Assembly: GCA_038210985.1 (NCBI GenBank)
Contig: JBBQWB010000004.1
Location: forward strand, 7,456-71,455
Source: Bacteroidales bacterium
GTDB lineage: Bacteria > Bacteroidota > Bacteroidia > Bacteroidales > WCHB1-69
Direction: 5' to 3'
Length of the DNA stretch: 64,000 nucleotides
Made by a program: the position numbers and the translations under genes. Shown piece after piece: positions 9,477-18,054 of this stretch. A model generated the notes under the pieces. The model saw only the letters and a program-made list of their open reading frames with translations. It was not told where the DNA came from and searched no databases. Numbering within the stretch: position 1 is the first letter of the stretch; every line of letters begins with the position of its first letter.

Positions 9477-11264
9477 ATGAAAATTCGATTAACTCGACTA
9501 GCATTGTTTTTATTGCTCTTTATTATTTCTTACCATAATGCGTTTTCTCAAAAAGCTAAAACTCAAAGCAATATTCAAAAATATGTTTATGTATTAACAA
9601 GCGACTCGTTAGAAGGCAGAAAACCTGGCTTAGAAGGCGACATTAAAGCAGCAAATTTTATTCGTGAAGAGTTTAAAAAACTGAATCTCTCTCTTTTAGG
9701 TGAAGATGGTTTTTCGCATTTTAAAGTGGTAACTTCGGTTACACCGGGAGAAAAAAATATTTTTAAGTTTCTAAAACAAGAGTATGTTATTGGTAAAGAC
9801 TATATTCCATTAACCGTTTCAAAAAACGAAGCATTGCATGCCAATATTTATTTTGCCGGATACGGTTTTAATATAAATACAGATAGTCTAAAATGGAACG
9901 ATTACCCAACAACCTTCGAGGTTAATAGAATGTGGGTTATTGTTATCAGAGGGGTTCCCGACCCTGAAAATCCAAAATCGAAATATGCTGCTTATGCATC
10001 CGATTGGTCGAAAATTACCACTGCTAAAGACAAAGGAGCAAAAGGAATTATTTTAGTTTCTCCAAAATCGCTAGAACCAAAAGATGCTTTAATGCCACTT
10101 TATGTGGACCAACAGGCAGGCACAGCTCCAATTCCGGCTATTAATGCAACTCGAGCATGTGTAAATAAAATGCTCTGGAATTATGGAATTAATATTGAAG
10201 TAGTTGAAAAACAACTATCCAGCGAATTAAAACAAGTTGGAATTTATGTTCCTTCAAAATTAGCCGCCGAATCCGACTTAAATATTGTTCGCTCAAACAC
10301 GCAAAATATCATTGGTATTATTGATGGCAGTGATCCCGTTTTAAAAAATGAATTTATTGTTATTGGTGCTCATTACGACCACCTCGGCTATGGCGGAATT
10401 GGAAGCAACTCCAGAATGCCCGACACCACTGCGATTCATTATGGTGCCGACGACAACGCCTCGGGAGTTGCACTTATGATGGATGTTGCAAATAAAATAA
10501 ATTTGAATAAACTTAAATTTAAACGTTCCGTAATTTTTGTTGCATTTGGTGCCGAAGAACTTGGTATTGTTGGATCAAAATTCTTCTTTAAAGACAAACT
10601 AATTGATGCTACAAAAATAAAAGCCATGATTAATTTAGATATGGTTGGACGAATGAATCCTGAAAAACGACTGCAAATTGGGGGAACAGGAACGGCATTA
10701 GAATTTAATGAAATCCTAGACGGAATTAATAAAAAATACCTGTTCCAAATTCAAAAAAATCCTGATGGATATGGCCCATCCGACCACTCTTCCTTCTATT
10801 CAAATAAAATTCCAGTACTTTTTTTCTCAACGGGTGCACACGAAGATTATCATACTCCTTTTGATACTCCTGATATAATCAACTACGCTTCAATGACTAA
10901 AATTTCAAGTTTTGTGTACGAGGTAGCTTTCAATCTTTCAACCCGCCTAAAACCATTGCAATATCAAGAAATTGAAGCCCCTCCTTCACAAGGTTCACAC
11001 GGTAAATTAAAAATTACACTTGGCATAATTCCCGATGTTTCAACTTCGGAAAATAAAGGATTGCGAATTGATGGAGTAAGAAAAGGTGGAATTGCCGACC
11101 AAGCTGGATTAATTAAAGGAGATATTATTGTATCAATTAATGGAAACTCAGTTACTAATATTTACGATTATATGGCTCGGATGTCTTCGCTTATTCCTGG
11201 TCAAACTGCCACTATTGATTATTTAAGAGAGGGTGTTGTAAAAATTACAATAGTTCAATTATAA
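9477..11264 (+). CDS. M28 family zinc peptidase with a C-terminal PDZ domain
   Basis: M28 metal-ligand motifs: GAHYDHLG, GADDNASG, GAEELGIVGS, NLDMVG and a C-terminal His. PDZ-like GLRIDGVRKGGIADQAGLIKGDIIVSING. I place the start at ATG 9477 (MKIRLTRLALFLLLF signal peptide), not the track's TTG at 9423. Confidence 0.85.
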   Translation: MKIRLTRLALFLLLFIISYHNAFSQKAKTQSNIQKYVYVLTSDSLEGRKPGLEGDIKAANFIREEFKKLNLSLLGEDGFSHFKVVTSVTPGEKNIFKFLKQEYVIGKDYIPLTVSKNEALHANIYFAGYGFNINTDSLKWNDYPTTFEVNRMWVIVIRGVPDPENPKSKYAAYASDWSKITTAKDKGAKGIILVSPKSLEPKDALMPLYVDQQAGTAPIPAINATRACVNKMLWNYGINIEVVEKQLSSELKQVGIYVPSKLAAESDLNIVRSNTQNIIGIIDGSDPVLKNEFIVIGAHYDHLGYGGIGSNSRMPDTTAIHYGADDNASGVALMMDVANKINLNKLKFKRSVIFVAFGAEELGIVGSKFFFKDKLIDATKIKAMINLDMVGRMNPEKRLQIGGTGTALEFNEILDGINKKYLFQIQKNPDGYGPSDHSSFYSNKIPVLFFSTGAHEDYHTPFDTPDIINYASMTKISSFVYEVAFNLSTRLKPLQYQEIEAPPSQGSHGKLKITLGIIPDVSTSENKGLRIDGVRKGGIADQAGLIKGDIIVSINGNSVTNIYDYMARMSSLIPGQTATIDYLREGVVKITIVQL

Positions 11265-11327
11265 ACAAATCACCCATCGAAATAACATCTTATAATTTGA
11301 ATTTACCTGAAATCGAATAAAAAAAAT

Positions 11328-11335
11328 TACTTTTG
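11328..11335 (+). promoter_or_regulatory. Candidate -7 box TACTTTTG
   Basis: Matches TAnnTTTG, 26 nt upstream of ATG 11361. Confidence 0.45.
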
Positions 11336-11360
11336 CAAGCGTAAAATTAACACCAACAAG

Positions 11361-11888
11361 ATGTTTAACTTAATAAAGCCTGTATTTATAATTTGTTTTC
11401 TTTTCGTAAACATTTTAATGGCTCAAACCCCAACGTATATGTTTGATGAAAAAAGCAGTCAAGAAATTATGCTTGGAATGTGCGACGAAAGTTATCTGAA
11501 AAAGGGACTTTTTGGCGAGTATTATACTTTAGAATATCCTAATTACATTCCAAATCCGGATATTATTGAACAGATTAAAGGTTTATTGAACACCAACAAA
11601 ACACCATACGAAATTGTAGTTGTTTTGGGAACATGGTGTGGCGATAGCAAAGACCAGATTCCTCGGTTTATGAAAGTGATAGATTTAATTGATAATCCGT
11701 ATTTAATGGTTCAAAACTATATTTGTGTAGATCGAACTAAATCAGCTCCAAATCTTTCCATGGAAGAATATAACATTGAAAAAGTTCCAACTTTTATTTT
11801 TTATAAAAACAATATAGAAATTGGAAGAATTATCGAAACCCCTTTAAAAAGCATTGAAATTGACATGCTTGATTTTTTAAAAAAATAA
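11361..11888 (+). CDS. Secreted thioredoxin-fold protein (CxxS variant)
   Basis: Signal peptide. VVLGTWCGDSKDQIPRF sits where a thioredoxin WCxxC motif would be, but only one Cys is present. C-terminal VPTFIFY is thioredoxin-fold-like. Confidence 0.65.
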   Translation: MFNLIKPVFIICFLFVNILMAQTPTYMFDEKSSQEIMLGMCDESYLKKGLFGEYYTLEYPNYIPNPDIIEQIKGLLNTNKTPYEIVVVLGTWCGDSKDQIPRFMKVIDLIDNPYLMVQNYICVDRTKSAPNLSMEEYNIEKVPTFIFYKNNIEIGRIIETPLKSIEIDMLDFLKK

Positions 11889-11898
11889 AATCCATCCC

Positions 11899-12738
11899 AT
11901 GCTCGTTTTTTATACTCGCAAATCATTGGTTGAATATTTAACAGCCACAAAAACACCATATTGTGAAATTGGTTTTGTCCCAACCATGGGCGCCTTGCAT
12001 CAAGGACATTTAACACTTTTAGAAAAATCAGTTGGCGAAAACAAACTCACTGTTTGTAGTATTTTTGTAAATCCACTTCAATTTAACAACAAGCAAGATT
12101 TAGAAAAATATCCACGAAATATTGAAGCAGATATCGATTTTATAAAAAGCTGTTGCGATATCGTTTTTGTTCCCGAATCTATCGATATTTACCCCGAACA
12201 ACCAACGGAAAAATTTGATTTTGGTAGTTTAGATTTGATTTTAGAAGCCGAATTTCGACCTGGACATTTTTATGGTGTTGCGGCAGTGGTAAAACTGCTT
12301 TTTGAAATAGTTAAACCAAATAAAGCCTATTTTGGGCTTAAAGACTATCAGCAACTAGAAATCATAAAGTCGATGGTGAAACAATTTAATCTTCAAATTG
12401 AGATTATACCTTGCGATATTGTTAGGGAATCGGATGGACTTGCCATGAGTTCACGCAATCAAAGACTTGAAGCGGAAGAACGTGAAATTGCACCACTTAT
12501 ATACAAAACATTACAAAAAGCAACAGAAATAGTGAAAGAAAAAAGTATTTCTGCTTCAAAAGAATTTGTTTTTAATACCTTTGTAGCCAATAAACAATTC
12601 CGAATAGAGTATTTTGAGTGGGTGGACATGGATTCGTTTGAAATTATATCCAATTCAACACAAAATATGGTCGGGCTAATTGCAGTTTGGCTCGGGAACA
12701 TTCGTTTAATTGACAACATTACAATTTCTACAAAATAA
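11899..12738 (+). CDS. panC: Pantoate--beta-alanine ligase
   Basis: GFVPTMGALHQGHLTLL (HxGH motif), GLKDYQQ, SSRN; adjacent to panD. Confidence 0.92.
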   Translation: MLVFYTRKSLVEYLTATKTPYCEIGFVPTMGALHQGHLTLLEKSVGENKLTVCSIFVNPLQFNNKQDLEKYPRNIEADIDFIKSCCDIVFVPESIDIYPEQPTEKFDFGSLDLILEAEFRPGHFYGVAAVVKLLFEIVKPNKAYFGLKDYQQLEIIKSMVKQFNLQIEIIPCDIVRESDGLAMSSRNQRLEAEEREIAPLIYKTLQKATEIVKEKSISASKEFVFNTFVANKQFRIEYFEWVDMDSFEIISNSTQNMVGLIAVWLGNIRLIDNITISTK

Positions 12739-12744
12739 TTAACA

Positions 12745-13086
12745 ATGCAAATACAAGTTTTAAAGTCAAAAATACATCGCATTCGTGTTACACAAGCAAA
12801 TCTCGACTACATTGGAAGCATAACTATTGATGAAGATTTAATGGATGCGGTAAATTTGATTGAAAATGAAAAAGTTCATGTGGTAAACATAAACAATGGT
12901 GAACGACTCGAAACTTATGTTATAAAAGGAAAAAGAGGTTCGGGCACTATTTGTTTAAACGGGCCCGCAGCCCGAAAAGTACAAATTAACGACATCGTTA
13001 TAATTCTTTCGTTTGCCTCCATGGATTTTGAAGAAGCAAAAACCTTTCAACCAAAGATTATTTTTCCTGAAAACGAAAATAAATAA
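12745..13086 (+). CDS. panD: Aspartate 1-decarboxylase
   Basis: [29 protein letters not shown] contains the Gly-Ser self-processing site; 113 aa. Confidence 0.92.
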   Translation: MQIQVLKSKIHRIRVTQANLDYIGSITIDEDLMDAVNLIENEKVHVVNINNGERLETYVIKGKRGSGTICLNGPAARKVQINDIVIILSFASMDFEEAKTFQPKIIFPENENK

Positions 13087-13105
13087 TCACAGATATATTA
13101 AACCA

Positions 13106-13134
13106 GTTGTGCGAAGTCTGAGACTTCGCACAAC
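13106..13134. repeat. Perfect 13-bp-stem hairpin GTTGTGCGAAGTC-TGA-GACTTCGCACAAC, plus a second copy of its right half at 13153-13168
   Basis: Read directly. Lies 20 nt after the panD stop. Shares the CGAAGTC/GACTTCG core with the palindrome family at 28055, 44116 and 59882. Confidence 0.7.
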
Positions 13135-13169
13135 GTGTATTAATATATTGCCTGAGACTTCGCACAACA

Positions 13170-13396
13170 GGGGAAAAATCAGTGTTTGATAAGAAAACGT
13201 CAAATTCGAGGCTTTCGCAGCAACGAATTTAGTGAGTTCCGAATTAGATTTTGTATGTTTTAAATAGCTTTCACCCTTTAGATGGGGCAAATAAGACAAT
13301 TAAAACCAACAAAATCTTGGTCGGAATAACCTGAATTCGTTGCAAGTATAACAGCTTGTCCGACTTTTGGCGGAAAGAAGTTGGCGTTTTCTTGCA
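13170..13396 (-). repeat. Inverted copy of the ~280-bp intergenic element seen at 40099-40378
   Basis: The reverse complement shares long identical runs with the 40-kb copy: TCGGACAAGCTGTTATACTTGCAACGAATTCAG, ATTCCGACCAAGATTTTGTTGGTTTT, TACAAAATCTAATTCGGAACTC and CCTCGAATTTGACGTTTTCTTATCAAACACTGA. It lacks a ~50-nt internal segment. Terminal GTTTTCTTGCA lies at 13386-13396. Confidence 0.85.
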
Positions 13397-13400
13397 AACA

Positions 13401-14480
13401 TTATATATACTCGCTAGCTTCTATTTCACCATTAAGAATAAGATGTCCATTCATTGCTAGGGCTCTCATTTCGTCTTCGCCTGGATAAACCAAAACTGGA
13501 GCTAAAAATTCGACACGTTCCTTTACTTTTGCAACAAAAGGTTTTCCGTATGCAATACCACCGGTAAGTAGAATTGCATCTATTTTTCCTTTTAAAACAC
13601 TTGCCATTGCACCAATTTCTTTTGCAACTTGGTATGCCATTGCCGATTCCATTAATTCGGCTTTTTCGTCGCCAGCAGCAGCACGTTTTTCAACTTCGTA
13701 GGCATCGTTGGTTCCCAAATAAGCAACAAAACCACCTTTTCCTGTAATCATTTTCTTTACTTCGTCGTACGTGTATTTTCCACTAAAACAAAGTTTGGCA
13801 AGTTGACCAACTGGTAAAGTTCCACTACGTTCGGGACTAAATGGACCTTCGCCATCTAATGCTTGGTTCACATCTATTACTTTTCCTTTACAATGAGCAC
13901 CAATACTTATACCTCCACCAAGATGAACTACAATAAGGTTTAATTCTTCATATTTTTTGTTTGCATCCTTTGCGTATGTACGAGCAATTGCTTTTTGGTT
14001 CAGTGCATGAAAAATAGATACACGTTCAAAAAGCGGATGACCTGAAATTCTGGCTATGTCGTCTAACTCATCCACCACCACTGGGTCGGCAATAAATGCA
14101 CGCGAGCCAATAATTGATTTTGCAATGTCATTGGCAATTAACCCACCCAAATTGCTTGCATGTTCCCCGTTAATTCCAGCTTTTAAATCAGCCATCATAG
14201 ATTCGTTAACCGAATATACACCCGAAGGAATAAATTTGACTAAACCACCTCGTCCAACAATAATTTTCAACGATTGCAACTCTATATTATTTGCTTTGAG
14301 TTCTTCTAAAATGATGTTTTTACGAAACTCATACTGGTCGGTAATTTTTGCAAAAGGTGCTAGTTCTTCGGAAGTATGTTTAATGTTTTTAACAAAGATC
14401 TGTTCTTCACCGGCAAAAACAGCGATTTTAGTCGATGTTGAACCTGGGTTTATAGCTAAAATTAATTGATTTTGCGTCAT
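13401..14480 (-). CDS. buk: Butyrate kinase
   Basis: ILAINPGSTSTKIAVF is an ASKHA N-terminus; 359 aa; downstream of ptb in a typical ptb-buk pair. Confidence 0.9.
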   Translation of the reverse strand: MTQNQLILAINPGSTSTKIAVFAGEEQIFVKNIKHTSEELAPFAKITDQYEFRKNIILEELKANNIELQSLKIIVGRGGLVKFIPSGVYSVNESMMADLKAGINGEHASNLGGLIANDIAKSIIGSRAFIADPVVVDELDDIARISGHPLFERVSIFHALNQKAIARTYAKDANKKYEELNLIVVHLGGGISIGAHCKGKVIDVNQALDGEGPFSPERSGTLPVGQLAKLCFSGKYTYDEVKKMITGKGGFVAYLGTNDAYEVEKRAAAGDEKAELMESAMAYQVAKEIGAMASVLKGKIDAILLTGGIAYGKPFVAKVKERVEFLAPVLVYPGEDEMRALAMNGHLILNGEIEASEYI

Positions 14481-14509
14481 GTTTATGATTTATGTTGTTT
14501 TGTTAAATA

Positions 14510-15412
14510 CTATGCCAGTGCAGCTGCTAGTGCAATTGAATATAATTTTGTTTTGGCAGAATCTCCCCTGGAAGATAATACGCATGGAACCTTGGCTCCC
14601 ATTACATTTGCAGCAATTTCGGCTTGATTAAATTTGGTGCAAGCTTTATAAAATACATTTCCACTTTCGATATTTGGAAATAGTAAACAATCTGCATCCC
14701 CTGCAACTGGTCCTGTAAGTTTTTTTGTTTCGGCACTCTCTTTATCTATTGCACCATCTAACGCTAAAGGTCCATCTATAAAAGCTCCTTTAATTTGTCC
14801 TCTGTCTGCCATTTTTGATAATATTGCGGCATCTACACAAGCTTGCATGCCAAGCGAAACTTGCTCGGTTGCTGCTATTAATGCAATTTTAGGTTTTTCA
14901 ATTCCAATGGCTTGAGCTGTTTTAATTAAAAAATTCAGAATTATTCCTTTTTGTTTTAAATCCGGGTCTGGAATAATTGCACAATCACTAGCTATTAATA
15001 ATTTATGATAAGATGGATTTTCCACCACAGCAACATGAGTTAAAACTGCTTTCGCATCCATTAAACCTTTTTCCTTATCTAAAATTGCCCTCATGTATTT
15101 ATCTGTACTTACCGAACCCTTCATTAAAATATCCCCTTCTCCATCGTTGATAAGTTTTACAGCCAACCTTGTAGCTTTCATTTCATCCGATTCCTGTGCA
15201 GTTTTAAATTTGCCAGCGTCAATTTTAAGTTCAGCACAAATTTTTATTATTGTTTGGGTGTCGCCTGTTAAAATGGCATCCACTATTCCCTTATCCACCG
15301 CTTCATTAACAGCCTCAATTGTGTGAGCATCATTTGCATATGCTACAACCAATCGTTTTTTTCCTTTTGTTTTTACTAGTTCAACAATTTGATCAAGTTT
15401 TGTTATTCCCAT
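14510..15412 (-). CDS. ptb: Phosphate butyryltransferase
   Basis: 300 aa; KRLVVAYANDAHTIEAVNEAVDKGIVDAILTGD is typical of the Ptb/Pta-like family; adjacent to buk. Confidence 0.85.
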   Translation of the reverse strand: MGITKLDQIVELVKTKGKKRLVVAYANDAHTIEAVNEAVDKGIVDAILTGDTQTIIKICAELKIDAGKFKTAQESDEMKATRLAVKLINDGEGDILMKGSVSTDKYMRAILDKEKGLMDAKAVLTHVAVVENPSYHKLLIASDCAIIPDPDLKQKGIILNFLIKTAQAIGIEKPKIALIAATEQVSLGMQACVDAAILSKMADRGQIKGAFIDGPLALDGAIDKESAETKKLTGPVAGDADCLLFPNIESGNVFYKACTKFNQAEIAANVMGAKVPCVLSSRGDSAKTKLYSIALAAALA

Positions 15413-15484
15413 GGTAAAATAATTTTGCGTTTGTATATCCTACAAAAATAAAAAAAAATTAACACGAATAAAAATTTGATGTTG

Positions 15485-16753
15485 TTATTTGCAATAAAAA
15501 TCAATCATTAATTTTATTGACATCTTACAAACAGGACAAAAATGGTTGTATTCAATGTCTTTCATAGAGCAACTTACAACCGGACGAAATACGCCTTTAG
15601 CCTGATATCCGCCACCTTCAAACACTCCTACTACTTCTCTGTAACCTTCCACAGGCGTTGGAATAGGTGTATTTGGCTTGACTAATTTTTTCCATTTTTT
15701 TTCAAAATTTACAAGCGTTGTAATATTTGGTTCCCAAGGTTCGATATTTAATGGATAATAATCTTCCACCGATACTTCAGAAGTATAATATTCATCCGCT
15801 AAACCCGATACCGAATGTCCAAGCTCATGTGTCATAACAAAGTCAACATCCTCGCAATCGGCACATGTTGTAGCATATAAATTGTAAATACCACCTCCAC
15901 CATATTTTGAGGTATTACACATCACTAAAATTGCGTCAAAAGGAGCACTTTGAGCAATATCATTAAGTTTCCAGACATCTTTAATCATCAAATAGCGATC
16001 GGATTCGAGTGCATTAAACCTCGAATTTACAGCTGTATTTACCGAAACATTAGAAATCGGATTATTTATCCCCGATTGTTCCGAAAAAACAACTACTCCT
16101 GTAATATTTATTTTATTTTTCAAGGAGGAATAAGGCTCGCATTTTAATAAATAGGATGCTAATCGAGCAAAATCCTTTTGCATTTTTTGTTCGTCATTTT
16201 TCGAGTATCCATCTGGAATAATCACCAGGTCGAAACATTTAGCTGAATTTCCAGAATAATGTATTGGAGTGGTGGTATATTTATCAATCTGTTTTTGAAA
16301 AACATTGTTTTTTGAAAAATAAGACAGATGTTTTATCTCAAAAACACCATCTCTTTTTCGGCTAGAAATTACAACTTTAGCATTATTTTTTGGCAATGGC
16401 ATAAAAATGCTCATTTCAAAAGATTCTTTTTTGGTTTTACTTTCAGGAGTATTTTTCCACTCCTCAAATAAGCTACAAAAGCCTTTCGAAAAAATTAATT
16501 TATTTGTAATGGAATCGAAAATTTCAATTTTATGTACTCCATAATCAAAGTCATCAATCAAATTATTTGGGTTTTGAGACATCGTTGAATTTTTCCAAAA
16601 ATGTTTCACATAAACAGTGTCGCTTTTATTGTCACCTTGAAACAAAAAATCGATTCTTAAACTCGATTCATTCGAAAAATATTGATTATTTTGAGAGTTT
16701 ACCTTAAATAAACAACTAATTGAAACCAAAAATATTAAAGTAAAATGTTTCAT
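15485..16753 (-). CDS. M64 family (IgA-peptidase-like) metallopeptidase, secreted
   Basis: Signal peptide. HELGHSVSGLADEYY is an HExxH motif in the M64 context. C-terminal CPVC pair. Confidence 0.8.
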   Translation of the reverse strand: MKHFTLIFLVSISCLFKVNSQNNQYFSNESSLRIDFLFQGDNKSDTVYVKHFWKNSTMSQNPNNLIDDFDYGVHKIEIFDSITNKLIFSKGFCSLFEEWKNTPESKTKKESFEMSIFMPLPKNNAKVVISSRKRDGVFEIKHLSYFSKNNVFQKQIDKYTTTPIHYSGNSAKCFDLVIIPDGYSKNDEQKMQKDFARLASYLLKCEPYSSLKNKINITGVVVFSEQSGINNPISNVSVNTAVNSRFNALESDRYLMIKDVWKLNDIAQSAPFDAILVMCNTSKYGGGGIYNLYATTCADCEDVDFVMTHELGHSVSGLADEYYTSEVSVEDYYPLNIEPWEPNITTLVNFEKKWKKLVKPNTPIPTPVEGYREVVGVFEGGGYQAKGVFRPVVSCSMKDIEYNHFCPVCKMSIKLMIDFYCK

Positions 16754-16756
16754 CCT

Positions 16757-16786
16757 AAAAAAAAGGTGAGCCTAAGCTCACCTTTT
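16757..16786 (-). terminator. Rho-independent terminator after the distal OmpH gene
   Basis: AAAAGGTGAGC-CTAA-GCTCACCTTTT is a perfect 11-bp stem. A T-run follows on the minus strand. Confidence 0.8.
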
Positions 16787-16789
16787 AAA

Positions 16790-17302
16790 CTATTTAATAT
16801 TTAATTTTTTCTTCACCAGACTCATAATGTCGTCGCTATTTTCAAAATAGAGTAAAACTCCAACGGAAGAATCGAAAACATAAGTATATCCGTTTTCTTT
16901 AGCTGTTTCTTCGATACCTTTTTTAGCTTTGTCGATAATTGGTTGAATTAATTCTTTTTCTTTATCTTGCAAATCCTTTTGAGCCGATGTTTGGAAAGCT
17001 TCAATACGAGCTTGTAAATCTTGAAGTTCTTTCATTTTGGTTTGTTGAATCAACTGTGACATAGTGGCTTGATTTGCAACATAATCATTGTATTTGTTTT
17101 CAAGCTCAGTTTGCATTGCAGTAACTTGTTTTTCAAGTGTTTTAGAGTAATTTTCTAAAATTTTCTGAGCAGAATCTCTTCCTGGCATTTGTTTTAACAA
17201 TTCCATAGAGTCGATATGACCAAGTTTTATTTTGTTTTGTGCAAAAGAGTTAGCTCCTAAAAATAAAGCTAAAGCTAAAAGGATAATAATACGTTTCTTC
17301 AT
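16790..17302 (-). CDS. OmpH/Skp family periplasmic chaperone
   Basis: Signal peptide, coiled-coil-rich, 170 aa, downstream of bamA as in other Bacteroidota. Confidence 0.85.
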   Translation of the reverse strand: MKKRIIILLALALFLGANSFAQNKIKLGHIDSMELLKQMPGRDSAQKILENYSKTLEKQVTAMQTELENKYNDYVANQATMSQLIQQTKMKELQDLQARIEAFQTSAQKDLQDKEKELIQPIIDKAKKGIEETAKENGYTYVFDSSVGVLLYFENSDDIMSLVKKKLNIK

Positions 17303-17353
17303 TCTAAATAATGTTAGGTTTAAAAATGCAAATATAATATAATATTGATGTAT

Positions 17354-17397
17354 AAAAAAAAACAGGGTTTTAAAAAAGTTTAAAACCCTGTTTTTTT
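17354..17397. terminator. Strong hairpin with flanking A-run and T-run between the two OmpH paralogs
   Basis: AACAGGGTTTTA (17361-17372) pairs with TAAAACCCTGTT (17381-17392). A T-run follows on both strands. Confidence 0.65.
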
Positions 17398-17398
17398 A

Positions 17399-17977
17399 TT
17401 ATTTTGTTTTAGGTGTTGTAGTTTTAGGCTGAGTTGTGGTGGTGTTATTTGTTTTATTATCTTGAGGTGATATTCCTAATTTATCCAGAATTTCATCGCT
17501 AATATCTAATTTTGAGTCGGCATAGATAATTGTTAATGCACCTGCTTTGTCGAAAATAAACGAATAATTTTTACCTCTTGCATATTCTTCGATAGCATTA
17601 AAAACTTTATCTTGAATAGGTTTAATTAATTCTTGACGTTTTTTAAACAAATCGCCATTATTTCCAAAACGTTTTTTCTGTAATTCTTTCGCATCTTTTT
17701 CAGTATTAATAATTTCATCTTCTCTTTTTTTCTTCATGTCTTCGGGAAGAAGAACGGCATCTGCTTGAAACTTTTTATACATTTGATCAATTTCGGTAAA
17801 TTTTTTCTCAATTTCTTTTTGCCAATCGATAGATAGTTTATCAAGTTCTGCCTGTGCACCTTTATACTCGGGCATATTGTCGAGAATATATTGAGTATCT
17901 ACGTAAGCATATTTTTGAGCATTTGCTTGAAATGAAATCAAAAATGCGATAACACTAATTAAAATTAATTTCTTCAT
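17399..17977 (-). CDS. OmpH/Skp family periplasmic chaperone with a Thr/Pro/Lys-rich tail
   Basis: MKKLILISVIAFLISFQANAQ signal peptide. I prefer ATG 17977, which is preceded by GGAGG, over the track start at 17989. Confidence 0.8.
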   Translation of the reverse strand: MKKLILISVIAFLISFQANAQKYAYVDTQYILDNMPEYKGAQAELDKLSIDWQKEIEKKFTEIDQMYKKFQADAVLLPEDMKKKREDEIINTEKDAKELQKKRFGNNGDLFKKRQELIKPIQDKVFNAIEEYARGKNYSFIFDKAGALTIIYADSKLDISDEILDKLGISPQDNKTNNTTTTQPKTTTPKTK

Positions 17978-18054
17978 AATTACCTCCATTATTTTTTATT
18001 TATTGTTTTTAATTTTAAAATGACCTCCGAATACTAGCAAAAAGCATACCAATA

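Noticed and set aside
13087-13299. 70-aa minus-strand ORF in the panD-buk gap
   Set aside because: It lies on the dispersed repeat and the hairpin. The homologous copy at 40 kb carries different ORFs in other frames and orientation, plus a ~50-nt indel, so there is no coding conservation.
14056-14469. 137-aa plus-strand ORF
   Set aside because: Antisense to the well-supported butyrate kinase gene. Ser/Ile-rich, with no recognisable motif.
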